Assembly: GCA_964540015.1 (NCBI GenBank)
Contig: CAZIKW010000002.1
Coordinates: forward strand, 1-34,172
From: an uncultured Methanosarcinales archaeon
GTDB lineage: Archaea; Nanobdellota; Nanobdellia; Woesearchaeales; UBA525
Length of the DNA: 34,172 nucleotides
Direction of reading: 5' to 3'
The position numbers and the translations under genes are program-made. Below the pieces are notes generated by a model, which saw only the letters and a program-made list of their open reading frames with translations, did no database searches and was not told the origin of the DNA. Position 1 is the first letter of the stretch. Each line of letters opens with the position of its first letter. Shown in pieces: positions 15,966 through 24,419 of the stretch.

Positions 15966-16949
15966 ATGGACGCCATCGCCGTCAAGGATCTCTCGAAGAT
16001 ATTCCGTACGAAGATCAAGGAGCCAGGTCTTCGCGGCAGCGTCAAGAGCTTGTTCTCCCCCGTATACCGCGAGACGCGCGCCGTCGATGGCATATCATTC
16101 TCCATTCCCAAAGGGCAGCTCGTCGGGTTCATCGGGCCTAACGGCGCGGGCAAGAGCACGACGCTCAAAATCCTCACCGGCATCCTCTTCCCGACGAGCG
16201 GTGACGCGGACATCGTAGGCATGGTGCCATGGAAGGCGAGAAAGAAACTCGCGTACAAGATCGGCACGGTCTTCGGCCAGCGCTCGCAGCTATGGATGCA
16301 TCTGCCGGCGCAGGATTCCTTCGATCTGTTCGCTGCCATCTACGACCTTGAGGAAAACGACTACCGCAAGCGATTGCAAGGCCTCATCGAAGCGTTCGAT
16401 ATCAAGGAATTCCTCGACGTGCCGGTGCGCAAGCTCTCGCTGGGCCAACGCATGCGCTGCGAGCTCGTCGCTGCGCTGCTCCACAGGCCCGAGATCCTGT
16501 ACCTCGACGAACCGAGCATCGGCCTTGACATCCTCGCGAAAAAAGCGCTGCGCGAGCACATCCTGCGCATCAACAAAGAAGAGGGCGTCACCGTCCTGTT
16601 CACGAGCCATGATATGAGCGATATCGAAACGGTATGCGAACGCGTCATCGTGATCAATCACGGCAAGATCGTCCATGATTCGAGCGTGGAGGACATGCGC
16701 AAGCAATACCTGCGGCGTAAGCTCGTCTCGATCGCGTTAAGCAAACCGGCTGCGCCGCCAAAGCTCAAAGGCGTCACGGTGCTGCCTTCGGGGAAAGGAG
16801 AGCTCAAACTCGCGGTCGACATCCAGCAAGCGGATCTGAAGAAAGTGCTCTCGCACATCGCTGAGCAGTACACAGTCCAGGATATCGATATCGCTGATCC
16901 GCCAATTGAGGAAATCATCGAGGCCATGTACATGAGGCCGAACGCATGA
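15966..16949 (+). CDS. ABC transporter ATP-binding protein (ABC-2 type, COG4586-like)
   Basis: Walker A 'GPNGAGKST', signature 'LSLGQRMR' and Walker B 'ILYLDEPS'. A C-terminal extension is present. Confidence 0.9.
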   Translation: MDAIAVKDLSKIFRTKIKEPGLRGSVKSLFSPVYRETRAVDGISFSIPKGQLVGFIGPNGAGKSTTLKILTGILFPTSGDADIVGMVPWKARKKLAYKIGTVFGQRSQLWMHLPAQDSFDLFAAIYDLEENDYRKRLQGLIEAFDIKEFLDVPVRKLSLGQRMRCELVAALLHRPEILYLDEPSIGLDILAKKALREHILRINKEEGVTVLFTSHDMSDIETVCERVIVINHGKIVHDSSVEDMRKQYLRRKLVSIALSKPAAPPKLKGVTVLPSGKGELKLAVDIQQADLKKVLSHIAEQYTVQDIDIADPPIEEIIEAMYMRPNA

Positions 16950-17728
16950 ACGCCTATCTGGCGCACTTCCGCACCACCGTCAAGGAAGATGTGCGTTACC
17001 TGTTCACGGATACGTTCCTCGGATGCTTCGCCGTCATCGGATTCATCGTCCTCATGCTCTTATTTTGGGCAGCGACAGGCCAAACGCTCTTCTTTGGCCT
17101 CTACACGTGGCCGATGATGGTGTGGTACGTCATCATCGTTGAGGTCATACTCAATGGACCACCGGATACGATCAAGATCGTGAACGCGCACATCCAGGAG
17201 GGGACGATCGTCACGATGCTCACGAAACCGCTCCATTACCTACCGACGATGGTCGCGATGCATATGGGCAAGACGCTCGTGACCATACCCGTCATGATAC
17301 TGATGACCGCGCCGATCGGGCTGTTTTTGGTCGGGACGGCGGGGCTTTCCCTCGGAGGCATTGCGTTCGGCGCCCTCGCCGCGCTGCTTGGCATCCTTAT
17401 CGATTTCATGCTCTCGCTGTGCATCGCGCTGATCGCATTTTGGACCGAGGACTCGACTCCGTATCGCTGGGTATACGGCAAGATCCTCTTCCTTTTCGGC
17501 GGCCTCATCTTCCCTCTCGATGTACTGCCCTCTGGGCTTGCCGCGATCGCGAAATTGCTGCCGCCGGCGTACATCCTCTACCATCCTGCCCGCCTCGCGG
17601 TCGATTTCTCGTGGAGCATGCTCGGGAGCGTGCTTATCGGCCAGATAGCATACCTCGTCGCGCTGTGCGCGCTCGCCATCTTCATCTATCGTCTCGGCAT
17701 CCGCAAGGTGAGTATCAATGGGGGCTAG
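16946..17728 (+). CDS. ABC-2 family transporter permease
   Basis: 260-aa polytopic membrane protein. ATGA overlap with the ATPase stop. Confidence 0.7.
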   Translation: MNAYLAHFRTTVKEDVRYLFTDTFLGCFAVIGFIVLMLLFWAATGQTLFFGLYTWPMMVWYVIIVEVILNGPPDTIKIVNAHIQEGTIVTMLTKPLHYLPTMVAMHMGKTLVTIPVMILMTAPIGLFLVGTAGLSLGGIAFGALAALLGILIDFMLSLCIALIAFWTEDSTPYRWVYGKILFLFGGLIFPLDVLPSGLAAIAKLLPPAYILYHPARLAVDFSWSMLGSVLIGQIAYLVALCALAIFIYRLGIRKVSINGG

Positions 17729-18497
17729 GCATTATTGGCGCGTGTTTCGCACGTACATGTCGTTGCACGTGAAGACGGCGATGGAATACCGCGCGAATTT
17801 CTTCGCGCAGGCCGGCTTCATGCTCGCGAACGACCTGCTGTGGATCGTCATTTGGTATTACCTCTTCTTATCGTTCGGGACGGTGAACGGCTATGGTTCG
17901 ACGGAAGCCATCGTGGTCTACGCGATCGCATGTCTGGCTATTGGGCTCGGACGCGTCTTTTTGGGCAATACCGAGCGCCTCAACGAAGTGATCATGGAAG
18001 GGAAGCTCGATTACTACCTCAGCCTCCCGATAGATGAGCTCTTTCATGCAGCAGTCGGGCGCTCGCCAGCGCACGCGATCGGCGACGTCGCGTTCGGCGT
18101 GCTCGTCCTCGGTTTCGCAGGCCCCAAATGGCTCGTGTTGGGCCTCGCGTTCTCGCTGCTCGCCGCGATCGTATACGTGAGTCTCATAACGATAGGCGAG
18201 TGCGTCGCCTTCGTGGTCGAACGGCCGAACGCCGTCGCGAAATCGCTGCGCATGCTCACCATGGGCTTCGCCACGTGGCCCATCGATGTGTTCTCTCCTG
18301 GGCCGCGGCTCGTGCTATATATCATCCCTATCGCATTCATCGGGATGGTGCCCTACAAGCTCTTCGCGGGGTTCACCCTGGCGCAGTTTGGTTTGCTCGT
18401 TGGGGTCGCGGTCGTGCTCGCCACGATCGCGTGGGCGGTATTCCGGGCAGGTCTCCGACGCTACGAGAGCGGCAATCTTATCGTTACCCGCGGCTAG
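17718..18497 (+). CDS. ABC-2 family transporter permease (second subunit)
   Basis: 259-aa polytopic membrane protein overlapping the previous permease by 11 nt. The ATPase plus two permeases match the COG4586/4587/3694 operon pattern. Confidence 0.7.
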   Translation: MGARHYWRVFRTYMSLHVKTAMEYRANFFAQAGFMLANDLLWIVIWYYLFLSFGTVNGYGSTEAIVVYAIACLAIGLGRVFLGNTERLNEVIMEGKLDYYLSLPIDELFHAAVGRSPAHAIGDVAFGVLVLGFAGPKWLVLGLAFSLLAAIVYVSLITIGECVAFVVERPNAVAKSLRMLTMGFATWPIDVFSPGPRLVLYIIPIAFIGMVPYKLFAGFTLAQFGLLVGVAVVLATIAWAVFRAGLRRYESGNLIVTRG

Positions 18498-18499
18498 AA

Positions 18500-19489
18500 C
18501 TAGTACCCTATCTCGACCTTTTCGCCGTTGTCGATCTTCTGGATGCGCTCGTATGCGGAGAACGCCGCGATCGCGCCTTCGGATGCGCCTGTGAGTGCCT
18601 GCTTGTATCGTCGGTTGCCGACATCGCCCGCAGCGTAGACACCGCCGACATTCGTTTTCGATTCCCCGTCGATGATGATCTCCTGGTGGCTGTTGAGCGC
18701 AACGCCGATCTGCGCCGCGAGCTCGCTTTGGATCAGGTGTCCTATCTCAACGAACAATCCTTCGATGGGGAGGATGTCAGAACCATTGAACGGCTTGGAC
18801 AATCGCGCGCCCGTCACACCCGTCTCGCCGAGGACTTCCAGCACTTCCGTGTCGTACACGAGCGTCACTTTCGGGTTTTGCTCTAAGCGCTGGATATTGA
18901 TCGGTTCCGCGCGCATCTTCTCTTTGCGCACGATGATGTGCACGTGCGATGCGAATTGCGACACGAGTTGCCCGGCCTGCGCCGCGCTGTCGCCGCCGCC
19001 GACGATAGCTACCGGGATATTCTTGAAGAACGCGGCATCGCACGTCGCGCAGTAGGAGACGCCGCGGCCGGAAAGCTTCTCTTCGTTCTTCGCGCCGAGC
19101 TTCTTGTGCTTCGTGCCCATCGTCAAAATAACCGTGCGCGCACGAATCGTCTTCTTGTTGCCGACCGCATCTTCCGCGTGCAGGGTGAAGACCGTCTTCG
19201 CCGGATCATCGCCATGCGCGCGTTCGATGCGGTGTACCCACGATTCCTCGAATGGGATCTTGAGGTTGTCGCAGTGCGCCTTGAACTGCATCATGAGATC
19301 GAGACCCGGGATGCTCGCAAATCCGGGATAGTTCTCGACGTTGTGCGATTCGTTCAGGAGCCCACCCACGACTTGGCCGATGATGAGGGTTTTTAGGCCG
19401 AAGCGCGCCGCGTAGATACCCGCCGCCATGCCCGCCGACCCAGCGCCGACGATGACGGTATCCCAAAGGGTGTCGTGATGCGTGCTCAT
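18500..19489 (-). CDS. trxB: Thioredoxin-disulfide reductase
   Basis: 'VIVGAGSAGMAAGIYAAR' FAD-binding motif, redox-active 'CATCDA', and 'VAIVGGGDSA' NAD(P)H-binding motif. Confidence 0.9.
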   Translation of the reverse strand: MSTHHDTLWDTVIVGAGSAGMAAGIYAARFGLKTLIIGQVVGGLLNESHNVENYPGFASIPGLDLMMQFKAHCDNLKIPFEESWVHRIERAHGDDPAKTVFTLHAEDAVGNKKTIRARTVILTMGTKHKKLGAKNEEKLSGRGVSYCATCDAAFFKNIPVAIVGGGDSAAQAGQLVSQFASHVHIIVRKEKMRAEPINIQRLEQNPKVTLVYDTEVLEVLGETGVTGARLSKPFNGSDILPIEGLFVEIGHLIQSELAAQIGVALNSHQEIIIDGESKTNVGGVYAAGDVGNRRYKQALTGASEGAIAAFSAYERIQKIDNGEKVEIGY

Positions 19490-19528
19490 ATCCCAAAAGG
19501 CGAGCAGGAGCGGTTCTTAAAGGTTGCT

Positions 19529-20887
19529 TCAGGCTGCGCGCAGACGAGGCATATCGCCGGTGAAATGCTCATGACGCAATTCGATACCTTTGAAGAGCTC
19601 GCGCTGGATGTACGCAGTGCATTGGCGGGCGTAGATGAGTTGCTCCACCAAGTATTTCGCATCCTCGCGGTATTTGGGTACGCCGATACCGTGCTCCTTG
19701 CGGAGTCTCTTGTCGAGCTCCTCTTTGGTGAGGACGATGCCTTCATGGTAGCGGATCGCGTTCTTGTAATTGAAGCGGACGATCTTGACGAAGAACTCGA
19801 AAAGGTTCTTGTTCAGGAGCTGCTCCGGTTTGTGCAGGAAGTTCGCGACAGCGTCAGCGGTCGTTTTCGCCTTCACATACGATTGGCTGATGCCGCGCTC
19901 CGTATTCTCACGGGGAGAGGTGATGGGAAAGGTGAGCGAACCATGGATGATCTTCATCTTCGTGCGGAACTCTTCGCTATCATCGAGGAAGCGCATGTAA
20001 TCGCTGAGCATCTTCCCTTCTGATGGGAAGAGCAGGATGCCGAGGTGCTTGCCTTCAGTGTGGATCCGACCGGTGGAGAGGTCATATTTCGGTTTCGTCG
20101 CCCGCAACGCGGTATACGCTGAATCCAAATCACGAACGACGACCCAGTTATCGTAATCATCGTACTTCTCGATATCGTCCGTCTGCGTACTTGACCCGTA
20201 CACGCCGATAGCGACGAGGTTATCCCCGAGCGCCTCGCGCATCCAATCGCGGTAGCCGAACTTGACACGCTCCGACGGCGTCAATCGCTCTTCGAGCGTC
20301 ACCGTTGGTACAGGCGACAGCGGCCATTCAATGCCATTATACAACCCTATCATCTCGCGCTTGAAGCCGATTAGGATATCATCAATACGATCCTCAGTGT
20401 ATGGGGCGAAATCATGTGCGCTAAAATCCGTGTGGATGCCGATACCAGCGCTCAAACCGCCGATACGTAACAGTGTGCGGATCTTGCTTGTCGCCGTGTC
20501 CATCGTGCGCCTGCTATGGATGATCGCAGCGTCAGTGGTGCTCACACGCGATTGAAGCTCCGTTTGGATTTGGAGCATACGAGCGTAGGGGCTGACAGAG
20601 ATGTCAGGGAAGAGGTTCGGGAAAAGGGATGCGATACGATGGAAGGTGCTCGGAAGGCCGTGGCGCATACCGGTGAGTTCATCGAGCGTGTATTGGAAGA
20701 GCACATACTGCTCGCCGAACATCCTGTCGACGTCGTGGAAGAATGCAGCGCTCGGGATATCTTTCGTGATGAACGTGAGCGTGCGGTCGCGTGTTTCATT
20801 CTCAGGCAAGCCGGGATAGCGCGTGTACTCTCCTTCGGCGACTCCGAGTACGCTATCATCGGTTGCGAACGGCACTTTCGACTGCAT
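19529..20887 (-). CDS. Uncharacterised 452-aa protein with a central minimal nucleotidyltransferase (Pol-beta fold) signature
   Basis: 'LVAIGVYGSSTQTDDIEKYDDYDNWVVV' fits the hG[GS]-x9-13-D-x-D NTase motif. The N-terminal ~220 aa and the C-terminal helical region were not recognised. Confidence 0.5.
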   Translation of the reverse strand: MQSKVPFATDDSVLGVAEGEYTRYPGLPENETRDRTLTFITKDIPSAAFFHDVDRMFGEQYVLFQYTLDELTGMRHGLPSTFHRIASLFPNLFPDISVSPYARMLQIQTELQSRVSTTDAAIIHSRRTMDTATSKIRTLLRIGGLSAGIGIHTDFSAHDFAPYTEDRIDDILIGFKREMIGLYNGIEWPLSPVPTVTLEERLTPSERVKFGYRDWMREALGDNLVAIGVYGSSTQTDDIEKYDDYDNWVVVRDLDSAYTALRATKPKYDLSTGRIHTEGKHLGILLFPSEGKMLSDYMRFLDDSEEFRTKMKIIHGSLTFPITSPRENTERGISQSYVKAKTTADAVANFLHKPEQLLNKNLFEFFVKIVRFNYKNAIRYHEGIVLTKEELDKRLRKEHGIGVPKYREDAKYLVEQLIYARQCTAYIQRELFKGIELRHEHFTGDMPRLRAA

Positions 20888-20932
20888 AGGAGTGACCCGC
20901 TAGGAAGGGTTGATAAGGATTGCGGCCCCATG

Positions 20933-20942
20933 ATTTATATAT
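20933..20942 (+). promoter_or_regulatory. TATA box for the MarC-family gene
   Basis: 'ATTTATATAT' centred about 27 nt upstream of ATG 20964. Confidence 0.55.
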
Positions 20943-20963
20943 CTCCGACCAGGAAAAAACAGC

Positions 20964-21554
20964 ATGTCCGAGATCCTGCATGCGCTGCACGCGTTCTTCT
21001 TGCTCTTTATCATCATGGATCCGATAGCGGCATTGCCGGTGTTCTTACGTATCACGGACCGTTTCACGCCAAAACGTCGCATCCAAAGCGCGAATCGAGC
21101 GATCCGTTTTAGCGCGGCATTGCTGCTGCTCATCCTCGTGTTTGGCGATAAGCTCCTCGCGCTCTTTGGTATCACGTTCGACGCGTTTCGCATCGCGGGT
21201 GGTATCGTGCTCTTGATCCTCGGCGTCACCTATTTGTTCCACATCCCCTTGGGGCGCGAGAAGGCGTACGCGACCGACATCCTCGTGCCGTTCGCGATGC
21301 CCCTCATCGTCGGCCCGGGCGTCATGACGACCACAATCCTGATGCACGGATGGTACGGCTTCATGCCGACCTTCATCGGCGCGGCGCTCGCGCTGCTCAC
21401 GTGCTATATCGTGCTACGCTTCGCGAACCCTATCTCAACACGCATCGGGCCGCAGGGAATCGAAGTCACGACGCGCCTGATGGGACTCATCCTGCTCGCG
21501 TTCGCGGTGCAGATGATGCGTGATGGCGTCGCCGGATTTATCGCAGGCGTATAA
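20964..21554 (+). CDS. MarC-family (UPF0056) integral membrane protein
   Basis: 196 aa with about 6 TM helices. N-terminal 'FFLLFIIMDPIAALPVF' is typical of the MarC family. Confidence 0.75.
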   Translation: MSEILHALHAFFLLFIIMDPIAALPVFLRITDRFTPKRRIQSANRAIRFSAALLLLILVFGDKLLALFGITFDAFRIAGGIVLLILGVTYLFHIPLGREKAYATDILVPFAMPLIVGPGVMTTTILMHGWYGFMPTFIGAALALLTCYIVLRFANPISTRIGPQGIEVTTRLMGLILLAFAVQMMRDGVAGFIAGV

Positions 21555-21555
21555 C

Positions 21556-22401
21556 TCAACGCTTAAAGGTCGCAAGGAGCGCGCGGTGATCGGAACCAGG
21601 CAAGTCAAGCACTCTGCCAACGACAGGTTTCGCGCCGCACGCGAGCGCTTGATCCACATACGCGGGGAATGGCCGTCGCTCCTCTCGCCATGGATCGCGA
21701 TAACCGCGCGCGTTCCACAGTTCTCGTGCGGGCTCGTGAAAGAATGGTTGCCAGATTACATTTGCATCCATCCCCAAAAGCGACACCGGTGCGTCCCGTG
21801 CTGCGACAGCGTCAAGGGCAGGTGCGAGCTGGTGCGCGCGGAGCGTGGGCCGGCACAGCAGATCGAGATGGGCGCAGCTGGCATCAACACCGGGCGCGAT
21901 AGCTGCGATGATGGCATTACGGCGCAGCACATGCGAGGATCCGTGATAGTTCCACGTCGCTACGGGCAGGTCGATGACCTGGACGTCGGTAAGGAGATGC
22001 GGGGAGAGAAGCGCATTTCCCCAGCTCTTCTCGTATGCTTCGCCCTGCACGCCTTCGTAATTGTCCGGCGCGAACGCGATGTGATAGCTTTTGAGCCGCT
22101 CGTGGAGGAGGAGTTCGTAGGGGACTTCTTGGAGCGCGAGCACGTCCGCTCCATAATCAGACAAGATGGTCTCGATGCCATCCACGATTAATTCCGGTTT
22201 ACGCCCTTCATAGACGTTCCAGGTGCCAAGTGAAAACTGCTCACCCATCGTCTGCGTTCCTTTGCCCACCACACGCTGGAGATTCCTCGATGGACGAAAT
22301 GCATCGTCTGGCTGCTCGCGCACAGGGGTCGTGCGCACAGAGGCTGCAAGCAAGCATGCGACGCCGTATGCCTTGTCGAGCGCAACTGGGAGCTTGACCA
22401 T
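21556..22401 (-). CDS. Endonuclease/exonuclease/phosphatase (EEP) family protein
   Basis: 'LGTWNVYEG', 'LALQEV', 'GMDANV' and C-terminal 'GSDHRALLATF' EEP motifs. 'TTTTAA' (complement, about 22423-22428) supports the 22401 start. Met 22248 is an in-frame alternative. Confidence 0.8.
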   Translation of the reverse strand: MVKLPVALDKAYGVACLLAASVRTTPVREQPDDAFRPSRNLQRVVGKGTQTMGEQFSLGTWNVYEGRKPELIVDGIETILSDYGADVLALQEVPYELLLHERLKSYHIAFAPDNYEGVQGEAYEKSWGNALLSPHLLTDVQVIDLPVATWNYHGSSHVLRRNAIIAAIAPGVDASCAHLDLLCRPTLRAHQLAPALDAVAARDAPVSLLGMDANVIWQPFFHEPARELWNARGYRDPWREERRPFPAYVDQALACGAKPVVGRVLDLPGSDHRALLATFKR

Positions 22402-22461
22402 CGCGCTAGGAGTCGAGAATCAGTTAAAACAGTTGCGGAATCATAGGAGAGAAAGGGACCC

Positions 22462-22467
22462 AAAAAA
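22462..22467 (-). terminator. Oligo-T tract downstream of the small lipoprotein gene
   Basis: The minus strand reads 'CCTCCTTTTTTGGG', starting about 17 nt after the stop at 22484. Archaeal terminators are typically oligo-T tracts. Confidence 0.35.
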
Positions 22468-22483
22468 GGAGGGAAAGGAGGAA

Positions 22484-22708
22484 TTACTCGAACGCTGCGA
22501 GATCGGAGTCGAGCGAATCCAGGTCGGAATCACTGCTCGCCGTCTCTGTGTTCGAGAGGCCGTCGTCGTACGAGTCGACCGGGTCGGCCGTTGCGTCTTG
22601 CGCTGCCGGAGTGCCGCTTGGGGGGAGCGGGGTTTCCTCGCGCGGTTGCGCGCAACCGATGGCGATGACTGCCACTACGAACAGTGCGAAAAGGATGGAC
22701 GATTTCAC
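22484..22708 (-). CDS. Small acidic putative lipoprotein
   Basis: 74 aa. Signal peptide 'MKSSILFALFVVAVIAIGC' with a lipobox-like AIGC, followed by a D/E/S-rich tail. The GTG start forms a GTGA overlap with the stop of the upstream gene. Confidence 0.5.
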   Translation of the reverse strand: MKSSILFALFVVAVIAIGCAQPREETPLPPSGTPAAQDATADPVDSYDDGLSNTETASSDSDLDSLDSDLAAFE

Positions 22709-24159
22709 GTGTTCACCCCCACAGCCACTGCGGTGTCGATGGCGATGCTATCCTCGTCGCTGTCGTCCAGGTCAGACGGGCTGTCGTTGCCACTATCATC
22801 TGACTCCGTACTGTCGTTGAGGTCTGACGGGCTGTCATTGCCTGAATCATCCGTCTCGGCGCTATCGTCCACGTCTGATACGCTGTCATTGCCGGAGTCG
22901 TCAACCTCTGCAGTCGCTGCATCTTCAACCGATGCGCTCGCCTTCGCGTCCGCGCTGATCGCGGCTGTCACATCGGCGAATACCAACTCATCCGAGGCAC
23001 GGATGAGGCGCACGATCGCGCGCACGTTCTCGCGTGCGGCGGCGAGCTCCTTGCGGGCACTCTCGAGGCCGCTGTTCGCGATGCGGATGCGCGCGTTCGC
23101 GTCGCTTTCATTCGTCACATCACCAATACCGTCGACGTATTCGGTCTGGGTGTCGACCGAGATGTCGGCCGCAGTCTCGATATGCGTGCGGAACGTGGCA
23201 AGCTGCGTATCGAGCTCAGTCACGTCCTTGCCGTCCGCTTTGAGCTTATCGCGCGCTGCGGTGAATCGGTCTTCCATCGCGTTCACGTGGTCGAGGAATT
23301 CTCCGAAGCGACCGATGCGCAGGAGGCCTTCCGCGAGCTTGATGCGCACGTGGGCGACCTTCCATGCTGCACGGAGGTCGGCTGCGAGCTCTTTCGTCGT
23401 GTTGAGGTCCTTCTCATCGGACGCGTCGATCTGGGTCTGCAATTCCTTGATATCCTCGATGCTGATGTCGAGTTGGGCGATCACCTCGGCAGCAGCGTCG
23501 TCATCGACGTGCTGGTTCGCCTCGAGGCGATCCTTGAGGTTCTCGAGGTGCGCGACGATGCGCGTGGCTGCGTTTCCGAGGAAATTGCTGCCATCAAGCG
23601 AGAGCTCCGCTTTCGCGTCGATGCACGCTTGGGAATCATCATCCTTGCATGCGGAGCGTACACCGCTGCGCGCGTCAAGGAATGCGAGGCGACGTTCCTT
23701 GAGGTCCTCTTTGAGATCCTCGATTCTCGCGCGGCGCGTCTCGATGCGCGTCTCTATCTCGTCACGCTTCTCTTCGAAGCGTTCCTTGATCTCCGTTCGG
23801 CGCTCAAGCGCGTCATCGCGCAACTCATCAAGCTTCACATCCATACGGGTGCGGATCTTGATGCGCTGCTCGGCCATGCGCTCATCGAGCGCGTCCTTCA
23901 TGCGCTCGCGCATCTCTGTTCGCTGCTCGAACGTGCCGTCGCTGCGCTCCTTGAGGCGCTCGCGCAGCTCGATGCGGTTGCCGTCCGCGTCTGTGGTGCG
24001 AATGCGGGTTTCGGAGTCGATTGTTTGGTCCTCGTCTCCGCCGTTGTTATCATCTGCGCTGGAGTCGTCTGAGCCGCTCTCTGCCAGGGCCGCAGGCACT
24101 ATCGCCGCGATCATGAGCAGGGCGCACAGGGCCGCCAGTATCTGCATTGGTCTCATCAT
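22705..24159 (-). CDS. Secreted, highly acidic coiled-coil protein with C-terminal DDSGNDSxSD repeats
   Basis: 484 aa. Signal peptide 'MMRPMQILAALCALLMIAAIVPAALA'. Long E/R/K/D heptad-like stretches. Three 17-aa repeats at the C terminus. Confidence 0.7.
   Translation of the reverse strand: MMRPMQILAALCALLMIAAIVPAALAESGSDDSSADDNNGGDEDQTIDSETRIRTTDADGNRIELRERLKERSDGTFEQRTEMRERMKDALDERMAEQRIKIRTRMDVKLDELRDDALERRTEIKERFEEKRDEIETRIETRRARIEDLKEDLKERRLAFLDARSGVRSACKDDDSQACIDAKAELSLDGSNFLGNAATRIVAHLENLKDRLEANQHVDDDAAAEVIAQLDISIEDIKELQTQIDASDEKDLNTTKELAADLRAAWKVAHVRIKLAEGLLRIGRFGEFLDHVNAMEDRFTAARDKLKADGKDVTELDTQLATFRTHIETAADISVDTQTEYVDGIGDVTNESDANARIRIANSGLESARKELAAARENVRAIVRLIRASDELVFADVTAAISADAKASASVEDAATAEVDDSGNDSVSDVDDSAETDDSGNDSPSDLNDSTESDDSGNDSPSDLDDSDEDSIAIDTAVAVGVNT
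22771..22923 (-). repeat. 51-bp tandem repeat x3 inside the acidic protein gene
   Basis: Plus-strand units start at 22771 (gtcagacgggctgtcgttgcc...), 22822 (gtctgacgggctgtcattgcc...) and 22873 (gtctgatacgctgtcattgcc...). Confidence 0.8.
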
Positions 24160-24387
24160 GCACCTTCCCGGGCTCCCAGGCGTCCTGGTCCCCGTATTGC
24201 GAAACCGCTACGGCGCCGGTTCTTTATAAGCATACTTTCATGGAAAGGGTGTTTAAAGGTTCATGAGAGCGAATAAACTTCTTAGAAAGTTCAAGGAACT
24301 TCATAATACGAATAAGGAACTAATGTATTCTTCTCTTTCCTCTTTTCGCCACATCAAAGAAAAACCGCCTCCCAAACGGAAGGAACC

Positions 24388-24396
24388 CATAAATAG
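24388..24396 (+). promoter_or_regulatory. TATA box for the membrane wHTH gene
   Basis: 'CATAAATAG' centred about 28 nt upstream of ATG 24420. Confidence 0.5.
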
Positions 24397-24419
24397 CGGG
24401 GACGTACGGGAAGAGGCAT

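Noticed and set aside
18128-18886. 252-aa plus-strand ORF spanning the permease end and trxB (and similar ORFs at 25545..26318, 29048..29659, 31409..32365, 16290..16706)
   Set aside because: These are Arg/Ala/His-rich translations antisense to, or out of frame with, genes that carry clear catalytic motifs. Such ORFs are typical of GC-rich shadow frames.
22223-24229. 668-aa plus-strand ORF, the longest in the track
   Set aside because: It is a low-complexity S/R/A-rich shadow of the minus-strand gene. The minus-strand product has a signal peptide, coiled-coil periodicity and a coupled downstream gene. The plus-strand ORF also runs across the EEP gene start and the 22402-22483 intergenic region.
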